NCBI GenBank assembly: GCA_951406725.2
Contig: OX597822.1
Span: 75,826,001-75,890,000 of the forward strand
Length of the DNA: 64,000 nucleotides
Direction of reading: 5' to 3'
Source of the DNA: Octopus vulgaris
Lineage: Eukaryota
Part shown: in pieces, positions 9,362-22,270 of the stretch
How positions within the stretch are numbered: position 1 is the stretch's first letter
How the letters are laid out: every line of letters begins with the position of its first letter
Program-made: the position numbers and the translations under genes
The notes under the pieces: generated by a model
What the model was told of the DNA's origin: nothing
What the model saw: only the letters and a program-made list of their open reading frames with translations
Databases searched by the model: none

Positions 9362-9906
9362 TATGGTTGCTGCCCCTTGTTATCGACCATGGCCATTGCG
9401 CGAAGCTTAATCAATGTTATCGTGCAATGCCTGTGCAAGAAGTTTTTTTTTAAAGTGGGGAAAGGCTGTGCACTGAGTCAATCCCACTCACTAAGCAACA
9501 GCAGCCATAATCCGAAAAGAAGAACAAGTCAACATCATCGGTAACCACTGAGCCGCAGGTTTTATGTCGGAGTTATCCCAGTTACCTGAGTTACCTTCTC
9601 CTAGAAGGATGCCCTAACAAAGTCTAGGAGTCCTTCACTCGCAATGGTTTAACCGCGCGATCGGGTATTCAGTCCGATTACTTCTATGTCCCCGCGCATG
9701 ATACACCCTTAAGACATTTATTGGATGGCCGTTGACTCTCAAGAGTTCCTTTGACGGGTTTTATTTTCATCCCCCAGGGTGTCCAATAAACACCCTCCTC
9801 ACCAAGCAAGCTTGGTGGGGTTGCCGGTTTAGTCACCGACGACCCGACCATGCAACAGGTAGTACTGGGTTACATGTTATCAGTAGCACTCGAAAGTGAC
9901 CTGACA
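9362..9906 (-). mobile_element. Non-autonomous element resembling an RTE 5' UTR
   Basis: GC-richer block between TA repeats; minus strand has GTCGTCGGTGACTAA and GGCATCCTTCTAGGAGAAGGTAACTC, resembling RTE 5' region motifs; stacked hairpins; no ORF. Confidence 0.5.
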
Positions 9907-10171
9907 TATCATATATATATATGATAACATATAGATATATGCACACACATACATACACACACACACAAACACACACACGCACACATATATAATTCTTAAA
10001 CAGGAATATTATTGAGAATGGCTTTGCAATTTCCATCCGCTATGCTATCGTCGGATGAAACTTCGAAGTCACAGTAAATATTATTCTTGTTTAAGAATAA
10101 TAAATTTATAACCTACAAATGTATACAGCAAACCATCAGGTTACTGTAAAATTGCTTTTATTTTAGAGCTT

Positions 10172-10202
<31 letters not shown>

Positions 10203-10229
10203 ACAGATATGCAAATTATATAATATGAA

Positions 10230-10636
10230 GGTGCAGGAGTGGCTGTGTGGCAAGTAGCTTGCTTACCAATCACATGGTTCCGGGTTCAGTCCCACTGCGT
10301 AGCACCTTGGGCAAGTGTCTTTCGCTATAGCCTCGGGCCGACCAAAGCCTTGTGAGTGGATTTGGTAGACGGAAACTGAAAAAAGCCTGTCGTATATATG
10401 TATATATATGCTTGTGTGTCTGTGTTTCTCCCCACAACATCACTTGACAACCGATGCTGGGTTTTTTATGTCCCCGTAACTTAGCGGTTCAGCAAAAAAG
10501 ACCGATAGAATAAGTACTAGGCTTACAAAGAATAAGTCCTGGGGTCGATTTGCTTGACTAAAGGCGGTGGTCCAGCATGGCCGCAGTCAAATGACTGAAA
10601 CAAGTAAAAGAGTAAAAGAGTAAAAGAGTAAAGAGT
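10230..10636 (+). mobile_element. SINE family A, full length
   Basis: Same head, body and (GTAAAAGA)n tail. Confidence 0.9.
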
Positions 10637-10866
10637 ATATATATATGTATATAAGTGTATGCATATATGTACGTACATCTTATAAGAACTACACTACAGG
10701 AATTATATAACATATTAGGCAAACGAATGTCGTACACGAAGCTGCATACACTTTGATAAACACTAAGTACCATTCTAAACTTGTTTAAAAATTGTCAAAT
10801 ATGCGATATTAAAGTTTAAAGTGTAAAGCAGGACGAAAAAGTGTATTTGACTAAAACATTATCTAG

Positions 10867-10960
<94 letters not shown>

Positions 10961-11288
10961 ACGTATGTATCTTTGTATATATGTATGTATTCACATATGC
11001 ATGTTTGTATATATGTGTGTGAGTGTGTTTGCAAGCTATCGACTACACCGATGTATGTATGCATACATATCAATTCCGATATCTTATTAAACAGATGTTC
11101 TTACATAGAAAATTGAATTTGTAATAACAATTTAATTCTATGTGACACGTAGGTAAAGTGGATAGAAATACATAATAAACTAACTGCATTAATCTAATCT
11201 AATTTCTTCTTATCTAAAAATAAACGCGTAAAAATTTCCCATATAAGTTCATAAATAAATTCATAGATGCACACACACACACATAACA

Positions 11289-11356
<68 letters not shown>

Positions 11357-11736
11357 CATATATATATGTACATATATATGTACATATATATATATGTATA
11401 TATATGTATATATATATGTATGTATATATATATGTATATATATATGTATATATATATATATATGTGTGTGTGTTTGTATATATATATGAATATATATACA
11501 TATATACACAACACACACACATGTATATACAACTGCGTAATTACGTACGTAAGTATTTATGAGTATATATAGGTATATATGTTTATCTCTCTATCTCTCT
11601 ATCTATCTATTTATCTATGTGTATGTAGATAAACAGATACACCTATATATATATATACACATACAAACATACGTACGTAATTACGCAGGTGTATATATAT
11701 GTGCGTGTGTTTGTGTTGCATATATATGCATTTATA

Positions 11737-11783
<47 letters not shown>

Positions 11784-12107
11784 GTGTATGTACATGTATA
11801 TACATATATATATACATACACACATATATATATATTTATATATATAAATATATATGTACGTGCATCTCGAACGCGCACACATATCTATGCATTTACGTAA
11901 GAGATTAAGCAGGTGCATCATCTATAAAGGAAGAATTACTTATCACACGTAGTTTTCTTATCATTATAATTAACTTGTGATTATCAACGTTTTTACACTG
12001 GCGTTTTGTAGATTTACAATATGACAAGTAAATATTCCCGTTATATATTCACTCGTGAATGTAAATGTGATAGGAGGGAGCAGGTACCGCCCTCCCCCAT
12101 ATATATA

Positions 12108-12160
<53 letters not shown>

Positions 12161-12626
12161 GAATATATATATATATATATATATATAAATATATATATAT
12201 ATTTACTTATTTAAATAAGAGCAATAGAACATTCATTTGCCTGTTATATCGAATAAGTAACATTCAACTGGGATTACCTTAGTACATATACACATACACA
12301 CAAGAATATGCATACATTCATACATAAATACACATACACACACATGTTAAGGATAATTGTAGAAAGAATTTTGGACATCATTGCAACGTACGAAAAAAGA
12401 CTTTCTAAATTGTAAAAGTTTCTTATAGGTTTCCCTTTAAGTAACAGACGGTCATGGACTTTATGCATTGAAGTTTCCGCTATTGTCAGCTTTTCAGACG
12501 TGTGTGTTGTTAGATACTCTATATAGAGGTGGTTCTTTCTGTAGCATAGCTGACAATTTCCAGTTTAGTTTCAGCAGTTGTCAAATGTCGCCTTTCGAAG
12601 TTGATAGTTTTCTTTATTTATTAGAG

Positions 12627-12957
12627 TACAGGTTCTCAAAGTGGGCGCTACCGCCCGCCCCCTGATGGGTATTGTAACGGTCCAGATGGGCGCTGGTGCT
12701 TAAGGAGGCGGTGAGAGGGGTTTTTAAAGAAAGAGGTGTTGAGAGGAAGGCAGTGGATTGGGGGACGCTATGAATTAATTATAATATTATAGTATTGTAT
12801 ACAAATTATATAACATTATAGTAAATATCAAATGATTCATAGTATATATCAATTAGTAAAATATAAAGTAGGTATTTATACATAAAATAGGGGTGGGGAC
12901 GCTGAGGGTATTATGTGGCCATGCAGGGGCCGTGGCCCAAAAGTTTGAGAACCTCTC
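12627..12957. mobile_element. hAT-type MITE
   Basis: TIRs ..AGGTTCTCAAA / TTTGAGAACCT..; near-8-bp TSD TATTAGAG / ATTTAGAG. Confidence 0.7.
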
Positions 12958-13239
12958 ATTTAGAGAAACGGAATATTTTTTATTTTCCTTGTGCACAAAT
13001 AACTTGATGCTCTCTACTCTACTTTTTAATTTGTTGCTTGTATATCCTAACCCGATCTTATTTGGCTGATATACTTCCCATTACTTGTAGGCATAATTTG
13101 GATAGTTTTATTATTGAAGGGACATTGTTAGTTCTACCAGTCATCTCTGCCGTCAACATCAGTCAATAACAATCGAATATATATTTCTTTGTATATGAAA
13201 TTAGATATTTCTTTTCATAAAGCTTGGGTGACATGAACA

Positions 13240-14060
13240 ACAATTTAACTACTGATGTTTACTATATACTTGCATTAGATATCTATTTGAACAATTTAAT
13301 CTATCTCAATCATCAAATGTCCTTAAAAAAAGTTCCGTTTCATTAATTTCGGTAATGAATCGGACCGTTTCATGAATGTTATATATTACTTTAGGGTACC
13401 TTGCACCCTTTTCTTTACTTATGTTTCAAAATATGTAGCAGCTATCTAAAACTCTTTACCTGATCGCTTTTCAGTAGGATTAGAAATGATGATCAAAGTA
13501 TTCCTAGATGGTGCATAGATCTGTTCTTCTAGGAATCCCACTATTAGTTTTGAAAACGTGGCTGCTAATTTCGTGCCCATTGCTGTCTCTCTTATTTGAT
13601 GGTAATATGAGTTATTAAAGAAGAGGTAGTTATCATTAAGCACCTGTCATAATCCACATAAGTATGAATTCTTTCTGGAATTTTCTTGAATTTTGCATGG
13701 GTATTTTTTATCCAGAATTTTACATATGATGTATGGATGTAGTTTAATCAGCTATGGATTTCTTTAGATTGATGAATTTCCGGTAGTCCACATACGTTTA
13801 TTGTTTTTGCTTCAAAAATAGTTAGGTACTTCAACTTAATTCAACTCATTTTTCGGTATATTGTTTTCGGATTTGTCTGTAAATTTACCAGTTTTTTGCA
13901 GCCTTCTTTCTTAATGTATATTGGCTTCTAACGCTTTCTAGAAAGTTGGCTTTTAGTTGTTCTCAGACCATTTCTTTGCAATGAATCTTGTCCATTATCG
14001 CAATGGCTCCTCCTGTGACGGATTTTTAATGACGACATGAAAATGCTTTTTACTCTTTAT
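13240..14060 (-). pseudogene. Decayed Penelope-like RT fragment
   Basis: NYLFFNNSYYHQIRETAMGTKLAATFSKLIVGFLEEQIY (cf. GTAMGT..AP.YANL); upstream IKSVTGGAIAIMD-like remnant (~14000-14030) resembling IKPADKGGA.V.MD; many stops. Confidence 0.75.
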
Positions 14061-15479
14061 TTATAATTTTTTTATTTTATAGGATTAACTGGAACGTTTG
14101 CTGAACTTTACAAACACGTTTTGTATTCCTTTAAGTACTTATCCCAGTTCATTAGCTGTTTAAACCACTGTATGAATTTTACAAGAGATGTATTTTCGTA
14201 ACCATTCTTTTGTAAAATTTCCATAGTCGAAATTTTCTCCGAAATTCCTCAGTATAGTTTGTAAGATATGGGTTTAAGATTTGGTCTCAGCTGCATTCCA
14301 TATTCCAAATATTTATTTAATTTTCATGAGGTGTTCGTGATAAATTTATTAGTTTTAGATCAATTGGTTCAGAATTTTGTTAAGTCTTTGTATCATAATT
14401 TTCTATTTTCATTTTTGTCAGGAACTCCTGCTCACGCCAAAATGTTTTATTTCTTTGAGTCATTTGCACCGTTTTTATAGTTTATTCCTTAGAAGGGAAG
14501 TTTCCTATAGTTCTTGTATCATCTTCCTTCTATGTTGGTTTGTTTTCAGTAGATCTTTGCTGTTTTTTTGTTTTTTTTTTGGTTTGACAGTCTATTTTCT
14601 TTTGTCTTTCCATTCTTATTGCTTGTCAGTGTTTACGGTAGTTAAGTTTGTTTTGTTATGAATTATTAAATTTCTGTCCATATTTTTACTTCTTCTGCAT
14701 ATGAGGGGTTATACTGTGTAACCCATTGTTTATTTATTTATCTTGTGTGTAAAGTATTACGGATAGTGTTATGGTTGCTTTCGTTGTTGTTCTCAAGTCG
14801 TCTATTTTAAGAATTTTTGTTTCACTTTTACTTTTCACTAATTCGCTTCCGTAATTAGCTTCCTACTCCAGTAACCACAGCTTTTCAGTTAGAATAATAT
14901 ATTTGATTTTATTTCTTTCCTTTCCTTGTCTTTTTCCCAAACATCTAATAATGCTTTTCCTCGTGTCTCTCTGTTCGTTAGTTCGGTGATTTCTTTCTTC
15001 ACTATGGCGTCACGTTCTTCGAATTTGTGTTTGAATTTGGTTTCTCCAAGTTGTAATAGCATGATTTCTGCTTAGAATTCTTGAAGTATGCGGTTTATTC
15101 TGAATTTGGTTCTTCGTTAGGTTCTGATTTACTTATCCTTAATAGGGATTCTAAGGGTAAAAATAACTTACTCTCGGTGTTTTTCATTTTCTCAGATTCC
15201 CGTCTCTGAGCAGCTTACAATATGTTTGTTTTCTTTGATTTAAAAATCTATTCCACATCTTTCTGCAAATGAAATGCATTCTCTTTCTTTAAGTATATCC
15301 TGTGCATTACAATGTTCTGCTGTAACTGATATCACTGTCGTTGCAATCAGGATTTGTCTACATATATGTGTGTGTATGTGTGTGTTATGTATATAGTATA
15401 TACATCTGTGTGTGTCTATACACGCACACATCTGTCTATCTACCTGTCTATCTACCTATCTATCCATTTCTCTCTCCCT

Positions 15480-15555
15480 CTCTGGAGCGTTAAACTAATC
15501 TATTTGTTGTTTACACACCCGTCTTTTGTTTTTTTTTTTGTAAATTCTCCCTATA
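15480..15555 (+). mobile_element. 3' remnant of PLE pseudo-LTR family A
   Basis: GAGCGTTAAACTAAT..TTTGTTGTTTACACACC.GTCTTTTGTTTT..AAATTCTCCCTATA matches the tails of the 9140-9222 and 19826-19910 copies. Confidence 0.6.
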
Positions 15556-15839
15556 TATTACACGCTCACGTGGTCGCACCAGTTTTATCCTGTCTCCACC
15601 TCATAAGACTTCGAACTTTTCTTGGTCTATTCTACCTGGATACTCTACTTTCTTATACTCTCCTACACTCGGAGTCTTATTATGGCAACCGAATAATTGT
15701 CACATATTATATTACAAATAAACTCCATGCAAATAATATCGAGGTCTCTTTCATTCTTTTGTTGTCTTACCATTACTATTAGTATATATATATTTCTACA
15801 GGAATAAGAGAAAGATAGACAACGGTTCAAATTTATGCT

Positions 15840-15913
<74 letters not shown>

Positions 15914-16639
15914 TATCTACATTTATTTCGTATGGTCTGGATATACGCACAACGAACGGCCAGCATTTCGCAAGCCAATCATTGTCAGGTGAATTCATTC
16001 TCAATATCCAAGCTAGAATGCCGCTAAGCTACTAAATAGTGTTTAAACAAGGCATTCAAATCTGTACTAAGATACACAGATTGCCTTCTATTTATAATAT
16101 GCTGAAATAACAAATGATGGTATATAGTATTGGAGAAAAAAAAACAAAAACTGTAAATTTTGAGAAAATAACTCTTCTTTCCTCCGTCAAATTTTCTTTC
16201 TGTTTTTTCCCGCCTCCTTTCTTGTTCTTTTATTTTACTGAACACACCATAAAAAAAAAGAATGTTCGTAATAATGACACATATACAAAGATGACAATCT
16301 AAAACTAGAATTTATTTATAAAACCTTATTTTGAAATTTATTACTGCAGTAATTACTGTAAATTACTTAATATAAAGCAAAATGGATGTTAAGAATTCAA
16401 AATTTAGATTTCGTGTATAAAGATAACTGTTTTGTATAAATTATTCTGATATCAAACTTTTTATTATCTGTTCCAATTCTTATGCACTCAGGATTAAAAT
16501 TTCTTGTTTGTTTGTGATTAATATATTCGCCAAACCAGCTTGAGTTTTCACATACGAGATATTCTGAACAAAATTAATAGATTAACTTACGAATTTGAAA
16601 ATAATGTGACTCAAAAAATGGAACTGAATTATAACTTTT

Positions 16640-17160
16640 ATAGAAATATCAAAATCTAATGAAATCCAAAACAGCTTAAAGATCTCCATACACTATATAT
16701 AAAGGTTCTCAAACCATCTGCTTTAAAATTGCGCTCAAGTTTTGTGCGATCAACACCAAACTCCCAGCGATTAAATAATTTATTGGACATAATTTTGCAA
16801 CTATTAAACAAGTCAGTTTCTATTTTCGTCAGGGATATGATCTTCGTAAACCACGTTCCAGGAATAGAAAATATGTAAAAGATCATTGTTAGTTTCGACG
16901 TGACCAGCCTATTTCCAAATATCGCCACTGGATTACGACTGGAAGCAGTACAATTCTAGGGAGAGAAATAACCATATAGAATTCTGGAGAATTTCCCAAA
17001 ATAGTGTATACTAGAAGGATTGCGATTGACGCAAGTAAACGCCCACTATATCTACGGAATTTACTTAGATTATATATTAAAGACAACCAGCTCAGGAGAC
17101 AGTTAAAACCTCACAGCAGCGATTCGATAGCAAACTGCATTTTTTCGTTACGAAACAAGT
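16640..17160 (+). pseudogene. Decayed Penelope-like RT fragment
   Basis: IVSFDVTSLFPNIA..LRLEAVQF (~16885-16957) matches the PLE RT motif (L/I)VSFDV.SLFTNIP; preceded by LDIILQLL. Confidence 0.7.
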
Positions 17161-17599
17161 GAGGTTTTCCTGAATGACAACTTGAACTGAGACCGAAATT
17201 GTGAACTGAAATGAGGTTAACAGATTGAACTAGTCTAGGTATACTTCGAATTGGATAATGGAAATTGATTGACCAACAACGAATTTTCTAGCTTCCTATA
17301 TATGTACTAGTTGCTTCAGAAAGACACACACACACACGTATGTATATTGTATGAATGTAAGGTTTTGACATTTCCTCTTTCTTTTGCTTTGAAAGGTGTA
17401 GTAAGGGCTTTTGAAATCGTCCAAAATAAGACATACTGATTTAATGCCGTTTTACTTCAGTAGTTATGTTTCTGGTGAGCTGACTCTTTATTTCCATATA
17501 CACACCATGTATTATCTCAGAAATGTTGGATCATTCATAAAAGATCTATTTAAATAATATTTGAATGTGCTATGAATGAATAAAGCCCGTTATCTTTAG

Positions 17600-18900
17600 G
17601 TTAAAGAGAAGTGTGTATCAATGAACGATGAATGTAATATTTAAATATTGCTTTTGACTTTTACTGAGAAGAGCGAGTTAAACGTGCAATAATACTTCTT
17701 TTCCCATGATTATTCTGTCTTGGCCCAAGAATCTTGGGGAACAAATGCTTCTCCTCATTAAATTCTTTTCTCTGGGGTGTTATTAGAATAATGTATATCG
17801 ATAACTCAGGTAATTCTTTCTCTAACGAGATATTTCTCGTTATGATAATTATAAAATATTTGAAGAGGATGCTGGAGGTGACTAGAATCCCGATTCCTGT
17901 AAATCAACATTTTATTCAGGTTATTGGATTGTTGAAATTTATTCGTCTTGAAGTTTGATATAACGCCTAAAATTCAATAATACTAAAATACAATAATTCT
18001 AAAAACTGTGTTAGTTAAAACTTTTATGAGTTTGCCTATTTTTATTATTTTTTATAGATAGACTGGTAACATTGTTTGAATCCATCGTCCCTTTATATCT
18101 CTATAAGCTAATGTTCTGAGGTTGTAATTTAAGGTGTCTGAGATGCATAGCACTATAATGGCTCAACATCATCAAACGAGTCCAAACTAACATCGTATAC
18201 ATTAAATTGTCTTCTCATTTATCCATGCGGAATTTCTATGAAACAGTTGTGTTTTTCTGGCATTCATTGCTGTTTATATGTCTTTATAGTTTAAAGTTTA
18301 ATATTCTTTGGCAAATGTTAAAGCGCTGGTTAGTAAAGATTCAGAGACAAAACGATAAAATTCAACAATTTCGAATTCAGGAACTTACAATTAATATTGA
18401 TATTAATATTATTTAACAAACTGGCTACTCTCGTAGCATTTATTCAATTGTCGAATGTCTGTAGCTTTCCTGTTTTTGACATTTATATTATTTATGATAT
18501 GTTTAATAATTAATCCGATTTTACTCTTGGTTGGGTTAATTAATCTGCAGTTTGCTGTGGAATAGAAGTTTCCTTTGAGATCTTTCAACGTGATATCGCT
18601 ACACGCTTGGCCAAACATACTATACAGCAGTATAGTTTTAATTTCGTTTATTGTATGTTTGGCTTCAATATTGATGTCGTTATACGTGTGTGAATTGGCT
18701 TTTTGAATAATACTGATATATAGGAGGTTGCTGTACATATCATTATCTAATTCATATAGATTTTTAGTTTTATCACAAACTCCAAACGTTCAACAAGCTC
18801 TCTTTATGATTTTCATGTCGTAACTTAGTTTATGTTAGAAAACATTGTGATACCTAAATAGTTTACATAACATGCTATTTCTAATATTTACATTCGAATT
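17600..18900 (-). pseudogene. Decayed PLE RT of a second lineage (possibly Nematis-like)
   Basis: ITLKDLKGNFYSTANCRLINPTKSKIGLIIK (cf. TLKDHK.NF...CRLINP.KSEIG.ISK) and FNSLFSVKVKSNI..IDTHF remnant near 17610-17690; clade assignment is tentative. Confidence 0.75.
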
Positions 18901-19487
18901 GTTCAAGTCCCTTAATGCGTGCTGGTCAATTGCATGTTGTTATCACAAAAACGTTAAGGGTTAGTGCGTCACTTCCTGTGGCTTCATAGACATATGCTCT
19001 CTCGTTCATTCACCTGACATTTAATTTTCCTATTCACATTTCCTGTAGTAAGCGTTGGTCGCTAATGAGGTGTTCTTCAACGACTATGATAAATTATATG
19101 GTTCTATTCTACATAGATTATTAAGCTAAATCATGCAAATTGCTATATTTAATATACATAAACAAGAAATTAACAACAGCTTGTTTTCCTTAACGACGAC
19201 GTTCCATGCAACTCAGTACGATGTCTCGTTCAAATACATGTATCACAACCTAATAGTTGGATATTGAACCTTCACCATGACTATCTTTCATGCTTTAGCA
19301 TGTGGTCTAATTCGAGTAAAGGTTTTCAGTGAAATGATGGTTTGTATTTCAAGGCATTTTGTGGCCTCTATGTTGTCAATATCCGTTTGAGCGTGTGCTT
19401 GGTAAACTCTCAGTGTAACAAAGTGTCGAGTAGCAGTCTTATTCACACATACATGCGTCATGTACAAACATGGACACTATCACGCAG

Positions 19488-19608
<121 letters not shown>

Positions 19609-19610
19609 TA

Positions 19611-19824
19611 TAGTTAATCCAAACATGAAAACACAACGAGAAAACACAACAACGCGAGGACGTGGAATAAGTATAGTATTATTGCACGCTCAGGAAAGGA
19701 AAGAAAGAAGGAGAGTTTAACGTTTCGAGCGTGGTTCTTCGTCAGAAACATAGAAAAAGGAAAGATCCATGGAAAGGAATACGGAGGAATAAAATTGCCA
19801 ACGATACACACGCGGTCACATGTT
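19611..19824 (-). mobile_element. Solo PLE-type pseudo-LTR (family B) with HHR at 19715-19749
   Basis: Minus strand GTTT-CTGACGA-A-GAAC(CAC)GCTC-GAAACGT-T-AAAC; homologous to 62842-63051; 3' end abuts (TA)n. Confidence 0.8.
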
Positions 19825-19825
19825 G

Positions 19826-20021
19826 ACTATAGGGAGAATACACAAAAAAACAAAAGACAAAGACAGGTGGTGTAGACAACAAACATATGTATTGGTTTAA
19901 CGCTCGGGAAGGGGAGAAGTCTTTAACGTTTCGATTCTACGCTCTTCCACAGAAAGGAACACAGAAAGAAAAAAGGAGAGAAAATAAAGAATATGTAGTG
20001 GCTAGCGATCTATCATAGCGA
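19826..20021 (-). mobile_element. Solo PLE pseudo-LTR (family A) with degenerate HHR at 19921-19956
   Basis: Minus strand CTTT-CTGTGGA-A-GAGCGTAGAATC-GAAACGT-T-AAAG; whole segment aligns to 4521-4733. Confidence 0.8.
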
Positions 20022-20028
20022 ATGATTA

Positions 20029-20097
<69 letters not shown>

Positions 20098-20586
20098 TAT
20101 ATCAAGGCTTCATAAAGAAGAATGGAGAATTATATATCTTAATTTTTTTTTTAAATATAATTTTAAATTCCAATCCGACACGTGTTTCTGGTGCATATTT
20201 CCAAATATCCTTTGATGTAGCTTTTATGTGCATTTTGTACGTTCAGTTGTAGTACACATTTATCCGGTTTGCTTTACCCATACATGTATGCATGTGTGTG
20301 TGCTTCTACGTTTCTACGGAATGAACATCAAAGTTCCTGCAAACATTTCTGCAAAAACTTTTTTGAAAAAATAGTCCTCCAGTACGTTTACCATAAAATT
20401 TCCAATCCTGCCAGACGCTGTGAGGATATAATTACCTCCGCTGTATTACTCGGCATTCAGAGTGCACCTCATCTGTATACATACATACATACACACATAC
20501 ATATGTGTGTAGATATATATGTACGTATGTACATTTGTAAATATATATGGTATTATATCACATATGCGTGTGTATATATATATATG

Positions 20587-20663
<77 letters not shown>

Positions 20664-20999
20664 TTGTTCCTTCACAGGAAATACCTGCTCAAGAATGTGT
20701 CATAGAATATAGGCAAACTGATATATATCGAGTTAACTATAGTCACAATCAAGAACAGATATAAAAAAAAAAACAGCCAATCATTCATATATTGAATTAA
20801 CTACAGTTCCAGATTAATATAAGAATACAATTTGTATCTAATGAGAAAGTTATAAGCTATGGAAAATTTAAATGGATCACAACTGCAAAGGCAAATCATA
20901 CAGCGGTTGCGTGAGTAAAAGTCATTTATGCGCAATCGAGAACAAGATATTATTAATTCCTCAGTTCCTTACGAAACTGGAGACATTTTCAGTGTTTGT

Positions 21000-21430
21000 C
21001 GTGACTGTGTGGTAAGGAGCTCGCTTCCCAACCATATGACTCCCGATTCAATCCTACCGCATGGCTCCTTGGGTGGATGGGAACTGAAAGAAGTCCGTAG
21101 TGTGTGTGTGTGTGTGAATATATATATATGTGTGTATATATATATTTGTGCGTATACATATATATGTGTATATATATATATGTGTGTGTGTATATATATG
21201 TTGATATATATATATATATATGCATGTGTGTGTGTGCTTGTGTGTATATATAAATATTTATATGTATATGTGTGTATTTTGTCTGTGCTTGTCCTCCTGC
21301 CATAGCTTCACAACCGATGTTGTGTTTATGTCCCCGAAACTTAGCGGTTCAGTCGGCGAAAGAGACCGATAGGATAAGTACCAGGCTTACAAAGAATAAG
21401 TCCTGGGGTCGATTTATTCGACTAAAGGCC
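21000..21430 (+). mobile_element. SINE family A, diverged
   Basis: Head, internal TA/TG microsatellite, AATAAGTCCTGGGGTCGAT. Confidence 0.75.
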
Positions 21431-21574
21431 GGGGATGACTCGACAAGGAGCAAACAACAACAACATTATGTCTATCAGGCACACTTGTTTGAAGAGACAG
21501 CATTTTAATATTTGTTGGTTGGTCTTCATTGCTTTTTAAGTAACATAGAGTCAGTTTCCGCTTGCTCCGTCTTG

Positions 21575-21762
21575 TGAATTTCTCCCTGGACGGGACATCG
21601 GTTCGACGCAGAATTACCCATTTTTACCAGGTATGTGAACTCGATCAACATGAAATGAAGTGTTTTGCTCAAGAACACAACACATCATCCAATCCAGAAA
21701 TCGAAACCACAGTCTTACGATCATGAATCCAACACCCTAACATACTAAGCCATACGCCTCTA
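21575..21762 (-). mobile_element. SINE family D, diverged
   Basis: TGAAATGAAGTGTTTTGCTCAAGAACACAAC shared with 49718-49749. Confidence 0.7.
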
Positions 21763-21974
21763 CATTTAAAGCTTGCATCTCAATAGCCCGCACCCACTCA
21801 GTATATATTCCGTTATTTCCCATATTCCAGTTTATTATTTCTAAGACTTTAGTGTTTGTGCCTAGAGGTGGGGTAGAAGATGACGTTAACTCTACACTTA
21901 CACGATTTTTGAAGAAAGTGGACTCCACCTATGAAATATTTTCTTGAGAGGTACAAATGAATATGTGGAGACAG

Positions 21975-22270
21975 GTATGCAGGTGTGGTTAAGAAACTCG
22001 CTTTACAATGCTATAGTTTCGGGTTCAGTTCCACTGTGCAGTACCTGTAGCTCCGGAATGACCAATGACATATGAGTTAATTTTGTAGATGGAAACTGTG
22101 TGGAAGCTCGGTTTGTTTACGTCCCCGTAACATAGCGTCTCAGCAAAAATTGCCGATGGAATAAATACCAGATATGAAAAAATAAGGAGGTACAAGTGTT
22201 CCATTAACCGCTTTATATCGTGCATCAGCATGGCCACAGTCCAATGGTTGAAACGAGTTAAAGATAAAAA
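21975..22270 (+). mobile_element. SINE family A, old copy
   Basis: GGGTTCAGTTCCACTG..GTTTACGTCCCCGTAAC..CAGCATGGCCACAGTC. Confidence 0.65.

Noticed and set aside
9560-9600. TAACTCCGAC (minus) as the start of a twister ribozyme
   Set aside because: No P4 loop (GUCCCAAGC-like) or pseudoknot partners.
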